Positions 40,830-52,744 of a stretch of DNA of 64,000 nt are shown piece after piece (positions within the stretch are counted from its first letter, which is position 1; each line of letters begins with the position of its first letter). The notes below the pieces were generated by a model, which saw only the letters and a list, made by a program, of their open reading frames with translations, ran no database searches and was not told the origin of the DNA. The stretch comes from Octopus vulgaris. Taxonomy: Eukaryota. The DNA lies in assembly GCA_951406725.2 (NCBI GenBank), contig OX597829.1:45136001-45200000 (forward strand), written 5' to 3'. The translations under genes were made by a program, and so were the position numbers.

Positions 40830-41400
40830 TATTCACTGTTACAAGATATTGATGTTATTTCGTCAATATTGATGATTAATAATACCTCACCTGATGATGT
40901 AACATCAATGCATCAAATTATGTCTCCTATCTGATCTCAATGCATCATCTCAGATGAAAAGCAGTTTTTGTCCTTCGTTCATTAAAGTCCTTTTATGTTG
41001 TTCATATTTATTCTTACTTTGTATCAAGAACTTTCCGGATAATTCTTGCTGAGCCAAGTAAACAATTCTAATTTTCCAAGGTGTGATGTCAGATTTTTTA
41101 TATCAGTTTTCCAAGGCCACCATAGTAAGTGGTTGGATCTTCTAACATGGTTATGTTCTTTGTTCTAGTGTTTGAGAAATTCATACTTCAAGTTGATATT
41201 TTGATACTCTTTTACTTCTATTTTCTCGATTCTGGTATCATCAGGTGGGCATGTAACATCAATTACAAAATAGCTTCATGATTCTGGTAGCAAACACAAC
41301 TGACAGAATTATTCCCTGCTATCTTCACCTGTGGCAGAACATTCCCCAATATGAGATATTTGTCTCCACGGTATTTGATCTTTGGCAAGAGCATTCAGGG
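40830..41400 (-). pseudogene. decayed restriction-like-endonuclease (R4/Dong-like) non-LTR 3' fragment
   Basis: Minus strand YFVIDVTCPPDDTRIEKIEVKEY; abuts (ATT)n at 40710-40830. Confidence 0.55.
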
Positions 41401-41716
41401 GAAAACTATGTCAAGACTCATCCATGTTGTGTTGTTATCTCTCCATCTCTGAGGTTGCCAACCTCTGTTTCTCTTCCCATTAAGTATGCCTTCCCAACAG
41501 ATCTTGCTGGTGCCCCAAACCATTCGTTTATTGTGGCTAAGCAGTTTGAGTATATTATTTTTGATGACAGAGGTGATTGGTAGCAATTCTGCTATTCGTC
41601 ATAACTCTTCAATACTGACATGGCCTGAGAGTTTGGAGTTAGTAATAAGTCGCATTACATAATTTTGAAAGACTTCTACCTTCTGTAGTACCACAGAAAT
41701 CCAGTTGACACATTCT

Positions 41717-41924
41717 TTTCTACTCTAGGCACAAGGCCCGAAATTTTGGGGGAGGGGGCCAGTCAATTAGATCGACCCCAGTTCACAACTGGTACCTAAT
41801 TTATCGACCCCGAAAGGATGAAAGGCAAAGTCAACCTCGGCGGAATTTGAACTCAGAACATAAAGACAGATGAAATACTGCTAAGCATTTCGCTCGGCAT
41901 GCTAACGTTTCTGCCAGCTCGCCA
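41717..41924 (-). mobile_element. SINE family B with 16-bp TSD
   Basis: CCAGTTGACACATTCT at 41701-41716 and 41925-41940. Confidence 0.9.
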
Positions 41925-42412
41925 CCAGTTGACACATTCTAACTCAGTGGTTCCAAATCTGGGCAGTATTACCCCCTTGTGGGTCAGTAGAAAGATCCAG
42001 CAGGGGTCAATGTAATTGACTAGTCCCCACCTCCCCCAAGCTCCCTTGTGACAAAAATTTGAAATCATCATCATCATCATCATCATTATTATTATCATCA
42101 TTATTATTATCATCATTATTATTATCATTATTATTATTATCATTATTATTATTATCATTATTATTATTATTATTATTATTGATAAGACAGCAAGCTGACA
42201 GAGTTGTCCATTTGTTGGACAAATGCATAGTAGTTCTTTTATGGTTTATTACATTCTGAGTTGAAATTCCACCAAGGTTAACTTTGCCTTTTCTCCTCTT
42301 GGGATAGGTAAAATAAGTACCAGTTGAGCACCGGGGTTGATGATATAAACTTACTCTTTCCCTAAAATTGCTGGCCCTATGTTAAAATTTGAAACTATTC
42401 TTCTTCTTCTTC

Positions 42413-42447
<35 letters not shown>

Positions 42448-42449
42448 TA

Positions 42450-42745
42450 AGATGTCACACAGTATCGAATACCATGATGTTGTTGATTGAAGATATTGTG
42501 TATACTGGGGGTTCGTACTGTCTGTAAAGTTACAACAAAAACTTCAGACAGGCAGTACTTTACGCAATATGTGTGCAGTTCCAAGAAGTAATCCCAACTT
42601 TTGCAATACACCTAGATTGTAGGGTATTTCTAAAATTTCCAGATGTTTCTTCAGTTTGGGTGGAACAGGGACAACCTTTATGTTTGACTCTCATAGCTGC
42701 CACATTTTGGAATTCTCAGGCCTCCATATTTATCAATCTTTTCTT
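42450..42745 (-). pseudogene. R4/Dong-like retrotransposon 3' fragment
   Basis: LKKHLEILEIPYNLGVLQKLGLLLGTAHILRKVL; flanked by (TTA)n on both sides. Confidence 0.75.
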
Positions 42746-42779
42746 CTTATTATTATTATTATTATTATTGTTGTTGTTA

Positions 42780-42824
<45 letters not shown>

Positions 42825-42825
<1 letters not shown>

Positions 42826-43800
42826 TGAAGACATCACGCAGTATCCAATATTGTGATGTTATAGATTGAAGATACTGTTTCTACGAGGGGTTTCTACTGT
42901 CTGTCAAGTCACAACTAGGACCTCAGACAGACAGTTCTTTATGCTATATGCTTGCAGTTCCAAGTAATACACCTAGATTCTAGGCTAATTATAAAGTTTC
43001 CAAATGTTCCTTCAGGTTGGATGGTACTGAATTCAGTGCTCCGATGACAACAGGGATTACCTTTATGTTTGATTCTCACAGCTGCTACATTTTGGCAATT
43101 TCAATTCTCAGGTCTCCATATTTATCAGTCTTTTCTCTTCCTTTCATGATAATATGTTGATCTCCTGGCTCTGCCACATCAATTATTAAGCACTGTTTGT
43201 CTCTCCTAAAGATTATTACGTGGAGGCTCATGACTTAGGGGTTAGGATGTCAGCACCATGATTGTAAGATTGTGGTTTCGATTCCTGGACTGGGCAATGT
43301 GTTGTGTTCTTGAGCAAAACACTTCATTTCACGTTGATCCAGTCCACTCAGCTGGCAAAAATGAGTAATGCTGCGATGGACTGGCATCCTGCCCAGCTAG
43401 GGAATACATATGCCATAGAAACTGGGAAACCGTGCCCATGAGCCTGGCTAGGCTTTAAAAAGGGGGCATTTATTTTTTTAAAGGTTATTACATCTGGCCT
43501 TCAGTGCTCTAACACCTTGTCTGTCTGGAAGACAAAGGATCTTTGCCTTCTTAGTTTCATCCATTACCTTTCCTGCTGTATGTTGGTATCAAGCACCTGT
43601 TATCTCATATCCATACTTCCGGTATAGTAGCCAGTGGAGGTTTTGAGCTTCCTTGTCATGTCTGTGCGTGTACTCTTTCTGCACAAGACTTGCATTGTGA
43701 GTCACGTTTTTGACCTTCCCAAATATTCTGCAGAGGTTTGTTGCATTTGTGCAGTATATATCCTTTTTCACTGAGTTTGTATTCAATGCCTGGTCTTGGG
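42825..43800 (-). pseudogene. R4/Dong-like retrotransposon 3' fragment (zinc finger/RHD plus RLE domain), interrupted by a SINE
   Basis: LCRIFGK...LVQKEYTHRHDKEAQNLHWLL; IDVAEPGDQHIIMKGREKTDKYGDLRIEI; KVIPVVIGAL. Confidence 0.8.
43220..43470 (+). mobile_element. SINE with family D head/body and the alternative tail
   Basis: TTCTTGAGCAAAACACTTCATTTCAC body plus CTGCGATGGACTGGCATCC...GAGCCTGGCTAGGC tail. Confidence 0.75.
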
Positions 43801-43814
43801 CAGCACAATTATTA

Positions 43815-44312
43815 AGCTTGGCAGCAAGCTGACAGAATTATTAGCACACCAGGGGAAATGCTCACTAGCATTTCATCTACCTTCATGTTTTGAGTTCAAA
43901 CTCCACCAAGGTCAACTTTGCTGTCATTCTTTAAGGGTCAATAAAATATCTACCAGTTTAGTACTGGGGTTGATGTAATTGACTATCTCACTCCTCCAAA
44001 TTTCAGACCTCGTTCCTTTAGTAGAAAGGATCATTTGTATTAATACTGTTCTTGCCATTAGTATTGTTAATAACATTGCCATTATTATTGTTAATTAAGG
44101 CAGCCAGCTAGCAGTATCATTAACACATTGGATGAAATGCTTAGAGGTGTTTTGCCCATCACTACATTCTGAGTTCAAATTCCACTGAGGTCAACTTTGC
44201 CTTTCATCCTTTTGGGGTCAATAAATTAAGTATCAGTGGCATACTGGGATCGATCTAATCAACTGGCATCCTCCCCAAAAATTTCAGGCCTTATACCTAT
44301 AGTAGAAAGGAT
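43815..44312 (+). mobile_element. two decayed SINE family B copies
   Basis: Copies at about 43815-44030 and 44097-44312; others at about 38457-38670, 39173-39375 and 42185-42395. Confidence 0.7.
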
Positions 44313-44426
44313 TATTATTGTTAATTTTGTCATGGTATGATTTCATTTAACCTACATTCCTAAAATGGCTTCAGTACAAATTGAAACTCAAACATTTTAT
44401 TTCTATTTTTTTTTTTTTTTTTACAG

Positions 44427-44769
44427 TTTGTCGCACACCCACACTGCCAGCAACTTTTAACTTCGATATGGTACGAAGGTCTTCCAGGATGGAGAAAGAG
44501 GAATGGTTTCACAAAATTACTAATGTGCATCGGCCTCATACTGCTGTTGCCATTTATGGCAGTTTACTATTGGATTTTTCCACGGAGTAAAATTGGTCAA
44601 ATTCTCCGAAGTCCTTTCATGAAATTTTTATATCACAGTGCGTCATTTGGTGCATTTCTGTCGCTACTAGTTTGTGCATCAACAGACATTAGCAGCAAAC
44701 CTGGCCGAGAAAGATTGCGAAGTCCTCCGCCATCAGTTTTGGAATGGCTAATTGTTTTTTGGGTCACAG
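44427..44769 (+). CDS. TRPC: TRPC channel, next coding exon (pre-S1 elbow, S1, start of S2)
   Basis: Poly-T ACAG| acceptor; FVAHPHCQQLLTSIWYEGLPGWR...RSPFMKFLYHSASF...PPPSVLEWLIVFWVTG; donor G|GTGAGT; 343 nt, phase 0 to phase 1; in frame with the upstream ...YEQKQ. Confidence 0.95.
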
Positions 44770-44869
44770 GTGAGTAAGATTTCATGGTTCATTTGTTATT
44801 ATTTTTATGTTGTTGTTGTTGTTTTTATTTTATTTCCTTCTGCTCTACTCTCTGCTCTTGCTCAATGGA

Positions 44870-45170
44870 ACTGGGGTCATTCAAGGTAAGAGGTTCCAAA
44901 GGCATCCTCGTGTGTAGAGCTGACCCGGTCTACTTCTACTAGTGCCCCACCCCCAACTCTTACCTCCATCACACAAGCAGTCCTGTATCAGATCTTCTGC
45001 ATCTTCCAAAGTGACATCAAGCCTCCGGAGATCTTCCTTAATCACATCCCACCATCTGATGCAGAGCCTGCCACAGGGACCCTTCCATTCTGCAAGCTGC
45101 TGCATCAAACAAGAGTAAGGCCCAGGTAGGATGATCTGACAGGGGAAGCGGAGGGCATGTCCATACAAAC
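44870..45170 (-). pseudogene. RTE-like LINE 3' fragment
   Basis: YGHALR...GRLCIRWWDVIKEDLRRLDV...AEDLIQD. Confidence 0.65.
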
Positions 45171-45414
45171 ATGTTATTAATATCTTATATTGACTTTATT
45201 TATTTGCTTGGATGCTTGTAGTTTGCAATCTATTTTTGTTCTGTTCTTCCATACTATTTCACACTCTGAAAGCTCTAATTCAGAGAATTATGATATGCAT
45301 AGTTAAAGACTTCCATGTGGACGATATTTTATTCATGCTGTTCCAGTACTCTAGTTTTATTACCCAAGGTACACTGCAGATGCAGTCTATATTTTGTTCA
45401 CATTCTTACAATAG

Positions 45415-45950
45415 CATACACACACACACATTTATACACACCCTTACATATACATGTACATACACGCATATGTACACACATATATATACATGTACAGAAA
45501 AACACGCCTATGTGTATGTACACACATAAAATACATTTCCACCAGTATACATGCGTACACAGACATGTACAAACACAAACTCATGCACACACACACATAC
45601 ACACATATGTACACACACATACACATGTCGACAAAAATACACATACACATACACATGTACACATACACACATGTACACACACAAAATACATGTCCACCAG
45701 TGTACACACACATACACATGTAGACAAAAATACACATACAAAATACATGTCCATCAGTGTACACACACAAACACATACATGTACATACACACATATACTC
45801 ATGTACACAAAAACACGTGTACATACACACATGTACACATACACACGTACGCACACAAAATACCAGTGTACACACACATGCACACACATAGAAACACAAA
45901 ACTCATACAAGCATACTGGTACATGATTATGTTTTAATGTATACACATTT
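45415..45950. repeat. degenerate (CA)/(TACA) array
   Basis: Read directly from the sequence. Confidence 0.9.
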
Positions 45951-46439
45951 ATGTTTTTGTGTGATTTTTCTTTTGAAATCCCTTAAATCCTCCAATGAAG
46001 AAAGTGTTGTATCCTCTATGAAACAAATCCCTAACATTTGAAATGAAATGGTTTCTAATTTTAGCACAAGGCCAGCAGTTTTAGGGGGGAGGTTAAGTCA
46101 ACTACATCAACCCCAGTGTTTAACTGGTACTTATTTTATTGACCCTGAAAAAATAAAAGGGAAAGTCAACCTCAGTGGCATTTAACCCAATGGAAATAAA
46201 AGCAATATTAAAATGTTAGATGCTGAATTTTAGAAAAGTTTTGCATATATTTACTATTCCATGCACAAATTAAATTTACAAAAAATTGTGTTCATCACCA
46301 TCATCCATTATTTAATGTCTGTTTTCCATACTGACATGAGTTGGTCAGTTTGACAAGAGTGGCTCCATAGTCTGATTTGGCCACATTTCTATGGCTGGAT
46401 ATCCTTCCTCATGCCAACCACTTTAGAGGGGGCTAGGTG

Positions 46440-47325
46440 CTTTTCACATGACACCAGTGCCAGTATCTTTTATATGGCACCAACACAAAGGGATTTTTAT
46501 GTCACTTCAGTACCAGTGCCTTTTATGTTGCACCAAAACCAATGCTTTTTGCATGGCACCAAAATGAAATACTTTTTATGTTGCATCAGCACCAGTGCAT
46601 TTTATGTTGCAATAACACCACTGCTTTTCACATGGCACCAGTGCCAGTATTTTTACATGGCATCATCATCAGTGCATTTTACAGTGCACAAACACTAATA
46701 CTTTTTATATGGCACCAACATAAAATGCTTTTTTATGTTGCATCAGCACCAATGCATCCTATGGTGCACCAACGTCAATTCTTTTTATATAGCACCAATA
46801 TGAAATACTTTTTATGTTGCTTCACCAATGATGCATTTTACATTGTACCAACAAATGCTTTTTATGCTGCATCATCACCAATGCATTTTACGGTGCATCA
46901 TCAATGCTGTTTACATGGCACCAACATAAAATGCTTTTTATCTTGCATCAGCACCAATGCATTTTACAATGCACCAACATCAATACTTTTTATATGGCAC
47001 GAACATAAAATGCTTTTTTAATCTTGCATCAGCACCAATGCATTTTATGGTGCACCAGCATCAATTCTTTTTACATGGCACCAACATGAAATACTTTTAT
47101 GTTGCATCAGCAATGATGCATTTTACATTGCATCAACATCAATGCTTTTTACATGGCACCAACATGAAATGCTTTTTATGTTGCATCATCACCAATGCAT
47201 TTTACGGTGCACCAACATCAATACTTTTTACATGGCACCAAAATGAAATACTTTTTATGTTGCACCATCACCAGTGCTTTTTACATGCCACCAGTTTCGG
47301 CGCTTTTTATAGAGCACCACCACCA
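46440..47325. repeat. ~26-bp minisatellite with a ~79-bp trimeric higher-order unit, attached to an antisense family E SINE (about 46300-46460)
   Basis: Alternating units ATGCTTTTTATGTTGCATCAGCACCA / ATGCATTTTACGGTGCACCAACATCA / ATACTTTTTACATGGCACCAAAATGAA. Confidence 0.85.
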
Positions 47326-48429
47326 ATGGGGACTGATGGTAATTTTGTTTGCCTGAGAACCCTAGATTTTCAAGATTGCCACTGCCAGTTATCATCTCTT
47401 CCTCCGACCTGACCCACTCCTATTTCTTTCACCTTTTTCCCGCCAAACATGTTGGCCATTCACTGCATCACCTGTGTCCCTATATTCCCCACAACTAACA
47501 ATCACCTCAGTCAATCACTAGTCCCTTTTTCCCTTTCTTCCTCACCTATTTTTCTGTCCTTGCCCACCTCAAGGGATGCCCTGACATATCATCATCATCA
47601 TTTCTTTTCCTGCAAGGAGTAGTCATATATCTTCTCTGCAACAAAACACCTGTTCTTATTCCTCTACCATGCTCTTGCATAGCCCACTTCTCTCAATACT
47701 ACCGACTCTCCACTCGGTTAAGGGGAAAGGGTCATATCTTGCAAGTTACTTGATAATCTCACTAGTAGTAGTGACAAAAAACTATAAAAAAAAAAAAAAA
47801 AGACCACCCAACACATTCTACAAAATGGTTGGCATCAGGAAGAGCGTCCAACCATAGAAACTGTGTCAAAACAAACACTGAAATCTGACACAGATCTCTG
47901 ACCTGTTGCAGCTTCTCAAACCATCCAGCCCATGTCAGCATCGAATACAAATAGTGATGATGATGATGATGATGATGTAGTGGGTGGAGAGCAGCTAATT
48001 CCCTAAAGATTATTGGTAACAAATGTAAATTATAGACTGGCAAGAGATGTTGTTGTAGATTTCAAATCTGTTCTTTATAAATGTTTTGTTTTTCATCATC
48101 TATTATTAATGAAATGATTGCATCTGCTGGGCAGCCGACCAACAAAATGGCACATATTCTTCTTGCTTTTGTCCCAGACAACTACATTAGGTTTTGTTGC
48201 GTTTGCATTTGACAGAAATTTTGTTGTGTTTGCAACTGATGGAAAATTTCTCCAGTATCACTCTAAAGACCATTATTGAATCAATTTTTTCACTTTAAAT
48301 GGTTGCTGGGGAAAGATGGGGGCAGCATGTATGGATGGATAGACAGACAATCAGAATGAAAAATAGCAAAAAAGCAGGTATAAACAGAGAAATAGAGAAG
48401 AAAATAAGATACATCTTTTTTTTTCATTT

Positions 48430-48637
48430 TTATTCTTTTACTTGTTTCAATCATTTTACTGTGGCCATGCTGGAGCACCGCCTTTAGTTGAGCAAATCGA
48501 CCCCCAGAACTTATTCTTTGTAAGCCTAGTACATATTCTATCAGTCTCTTTTTGCCGAACTGCTAAGTTACAGGGACATAAACACACCCGCATCGGTTGT
48601 CAAGCGATGTTGGGGGGACAAACACAGACACACAAAC

Positions 48638-48679
<42 letters not shown>

Positions 48680-48840
48680 GATGGGCTTCTTTCAGTTTCC
48701 ATCTACCAAATCCGCTCACAAGGCTTTGGTCGCCCCAAGGCTATAGTAGAAGACACTTGCTGAAGGTGCCACACAGTGGGACTGAACCCAGAACCATGTG
48801 GTTGGTAAGCAAGCTACTTACCACACAGCCACTCCTACTG
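48430..48840 (-). mobile_element. SINE family A, antisense
   Basis: Reverse complement of the family A sequence. Confidence 0.85.
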
Positions 48841-49889
48841 TTTGCAATCATTTGATTGTGGCCATGCTTGGGCATCGCCTTCAAGACATTTTTAGGTAAT
48901 TATGCTGATCTCAGAGCCCTTGCTTCTTTTTGAAATTTATTTTATCAATTGAATCACTAAGTTACATTTTTTATAAGAAAGATATAAGTATGCACCAGTT
49001 TCTGCTCATCATCCAGTGTTTTAAATCCTTGTTTTGTCCCCGTTAACAGGAGTAGCCAGATCTACCTCAATGCCATAGCAACTGAGGCAGGCAGGTGAAA
49101 CCCACCTCACCTTTTGGCTGGATGGCTGGCTGGCTGGAGCCCATTCTCCCTTGCTATCATGAGGCATTTTTGGAGCTGGATTTTCTACAGGAAGCATGCC
49201 CTTACTTACCCCCAACCTCAGTTTCTAGACATGAGTGGTCCCAAGACCAAGGCCTTTACCACGATTTTTAAGAAATGTGGTGGAAAACTAGCTCAGGAAG
49301 GCAGTGACGCTACTCCCAGAGACCCCTTTCAGAGCCCCCCCCCCCCTCTACCTACAGTTTCTATTGGTAAATATAAATAAAGGTGACCAGCAAATTTCCC
49401 TCTTCTTTCAGCTACAATCTTCTGCAAGCTGTGTAGGTTGGCTCTCCTCTCAATCTCAGTGTTTGTGATTCAGTACCTGATATTTAAGGCCAGATACATT
49501 ATGGTATCATTGCTTAGTACATATACTTAAAAAAAGAGAATTAATGTGTTGTGAAAGACATGTTACTTCTTCCTTCACTATCTACTGTTGAGTCAACGAC
49601 GACATAAATTTAAATTTTTGGTCAAAGTTTATTTGATCTAGAAAACCAAAACAACCATCATATTTAATCTTTTGACTTTTACTTCTTTCAGTCTTTGCAC
49701 TGTGGCAATACTGGGGTACAATCAATCAAACCAATCCTCAGTACTCGTTATTTTAAGTCTGGTATTATTCTGTCAGTTGGTTTTGCCAAATTGCTGAGTT
49801 ACAGAGATGCAAGTAAACAAACACTGGTTGACAAGAAGTGGTGGAGGACAAACACACACATATATATATACACACACATATACATAATC

Positions 49890-50020
49890 TTTCATCACAC
49901 ATCTGTGACCTCTTCGGCGACACTTTTCCGTTCCATGTGTGTTCTTGCTCCACTCACTCCAACGGAGTTAGTGGAACAAATGAAAAGTGTCACTGAAGAG
50001 GTCACAGATGTGTGATGAAA
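49890..50020. repeat. 39-bp inverted repeat enclosing a second hairpin; hammerhead-like core in the right arm
   Basis: TTTCATCACACATCTGTGACCTCTTCGGCGACACTTTTC / GAAAAGTGTCACTGAAGAGGTCACAGATGTGTGATGAAA. Confidence 0.8.
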
Positions 50021-50203
50021 AATTTCCAAACAATGGTCAGTCATTAGAATAATAAAATAACAGCAATAAACGAGTGAAGAAAAAAAAATATATATATTTA
50101 TATAGTGTGTGTATTTATTTGACAACAAAAAAAATAATAATAAATAAAATGATTATCTTGAAGTACAACAATATATATATATATACACACGCACACACAC
50201 ATT

Positions 50204-50235
<32 letters not shown>

Positions 50236-50469
50236 AAATTATATAGGTAGATATATACAAACATATACATACTTATATATGTGTCTGTGTGTTTTCATCA
50301 AAAATGCAGACAAACACCATCCCTCCTATTGATTGACTTGAAAAGTTGTTAGGATATTAAAATATTTTTACTAATATGAAACCAATGGTAACCTCAATAC
50401 AAAAATAAAGACATTTTATACACCAATGCGGTGTCAAGCACACATTCTCATTGTTCAACATTTATGTCT

Positions 50470-50856
50470 ATTATTTACATTATTTACATTCGATAGATAT
50501 TTGTCCTCATCTTGTTTGTTGTTAACACAATGTTTCGGCTGATGTACCCTCCACCTTTCATCAGGTGTCTTGGGGACATATGGCATAGTGGTTAAGAGCA
50601 CAGGCTACTAACTCCAAGATTCCGAGTTCAATTCCAGGCAGTGACCTGAATAATAATAATAATAATAATAATAACATCAAAAAATACCTTAGGAATGAGA
50701 ACCCAGGTTCGAAATTTCCCCAAGACACCTGATGAAAGCTGGAAGGTATATCAGCCGAAACGTTGTGTTAACAACAAACAAAATGAGGACAAATATCCAT
50801 CAAATGTAAATAATGTAAATAATGTACATAATTCCTCATCTCTTAAACATAGAACT
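50470..50856 (+). mobile_element. tRNA-headed SINE-like element with a Penelope-type hammerhead tail and an inverted 5' copy of the tail
   Basis: Inverted arms at about 50470-50576 and 50717-50823; tRNA-like head at 50572-50647 (TGGCATAGTGG, GAGTTCAATTCC); (AAT)n linker. Confidence 0.75.
50725..50768 (+). ncRNA. minimal type-I hammerhead ribozyme motif
   Basis: ACAC-CTGATGA-AAGCTGGAAGGTATATCAGCC-GAAA-CGTT-GTGT; palindromic AACGTT stem III. Confidence 0.7.
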
Positions 50857-50871
50857 ATATTTATGTGTCTA

Positions 50872-51253
50872 CTAGCAGTATCGCCCGGCGTTGCTCAGGT
50901 TTGTAAGGGAAATAACTATAAAGCATTTTTAGAGAGTTATAGCCAAAAAACAGCAAAAAAATGGAAAAAAATGATGGTAAATTTTTATTTAGTTAAAAAA
51001 GGTGGAGTTGCGTCCCCTAGACAGTTTGCGGTTTGTGTTTCTGATTCTCGACCCCATGTCGAATTTATCGATTTTTTTCAGAACTGGGGGAACTTTTCAA
51101 AATTTTCGCTGCGTTAGTTTTGAATTATGACATTGGGCTATGTGTGTGTCAAGTTTCATCAGAATCGGTTGAAAGCCTTGGTCAGGGTGAGGGTACAAGC
51201 AAACAGACACACAGAAACACGCACAGACAAACTGCCGTTTATATAGAGAGAGA
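50872..51253 (-). mobile_element. non-autonomous Helitron, second subfamily
   Basis: Shares the CTAG end, hairpin and about 120 bp with 33225-33625; different 5' body. Confidence 0.8.
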
Positions 51254-52744
51254 TATATATGTGTCTGTGTGCCTGTATATTTGTTTCATGTTTATGTTAC
51301 ATTTAAACCCTGCTAGCATGGGTTTGATGAATATGATCCTTAAATGTTGTTTAACAGTTGGATGACCTTCTTGATTCTAGCCCTTACCTGTTCTTCAACT
51401 TAGAACTCTTTGATTTCACATGGCTTAGAAGGCAACGTACAACAACCACCCTGCCCACCAAAAGTGTTCAAACGGGCATGTGCTAATGCAGACAAACACA
51501 TACATATATGCATACACACGCACACACGCTTGGGAAGCATTCAAGCATAGGTGCAGACATGAGGGGCTTCTTTTCAGTTTCTGTCAACCAAATCCATTCA
51601 CAAGGCTTTAATTAGTCCTGGGCTAGAGTAGCAGACACATGTGCAAAGTACCATGCAGTAGGATTCAACCCAAAGCCACGTGGTTGAGAAACGAACTTCT
51701 CAACCACACATGTATATCTGTGCCTACAGCCATGCCCGCACATATGCATTGCTGACGTCGTAAGAATTGAGAAACTTAGAGAGAACGTGAAATAAATCCA
51801 TTTTTGAACAGCAGCTGCCTTTGATCCTTTCAATCCGAGGGGCTTTGAAGCCAGTATTTACAAGTTATTATTTATAGACTTATCTGCTTCAAGATACAGT
51901 AATGTCTCGATATACGAGTTAATTTGTTCCCGAAGACTGCTTGTAAAGGGAAAACTCGTAAAGCAGAGCTATAATTGCCCATAGTAGCTATGTTATAAAT
52001 CGTAATTCATTCCTAGAAAAATATTTTACCTATCTACTATAATATATTTCTTTATTACCCACAAGGGGCTAAACATAGAGGGGACAGACGAACGGATTAA
52101 GTCGATTACATCGACCCTAGAACTCTTGTGTTTTTCTCCGTTACGACATATGATATCAGAAAGGAAGGGGTGATAGATGAATAAGGAAGGAAGGGGTGAT
52201 GGCAAACTTGGTCGTGGGAGCATTTCAACTCTGTGTGAGTGTATGTGTGTAAGTGTGTGTGTGTGTGTATGTAAAAGGGAGGTATGTGTGTGTAATGGAA
52301 GTGGGATGGTGAACATTCAACACTGAAAAGAAAAATCAAACGTTTCTACTCTGTCTGTCTGTCTGTGTGTGTGGGGGGGGTGAGAGAGAGAGAGTACGCG
52401 TGTACAGTTGAAGTATGTGAATGAATGTGTGAATCAGTGTTCTTTCAGTAACAAACAATGATCGATGTCACATCCCAAAAGACAACCACGAGATAACATT
52501 GACAAAGTGTATTTGATTTACCATCCATATTTATATATATATATAATACTACAATTAGCCATCATTTTTGAAGGGCACAGGGTCAGCTAGTAACATTTAT
52601 AATACTCGTAAGTAAATGACAATAAAACAACTGTAGGATGTAAAGAATATTTTATGGAAAGTAAAAAGAATGTCAAAATATTTTTATTATAATAAAAAAT
52701 CGTTTTCTGAATCACTTTCACTTGCATTAGACTCGTGCACACCA

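Noticed and set aside
46440-47325. CRISPR-like periodicity
   Set aside because: Contiguous degenerate tandem units without unique spacers, in a eukaryotic context with no cas genes.
50572-50647. Functional tRNA gene (also the heads at about 40105, 15670-15737 and 58866)
   Set aside because: The acceptor stems are imperfect and each head is fused to a repeat body; these are SINE heads.
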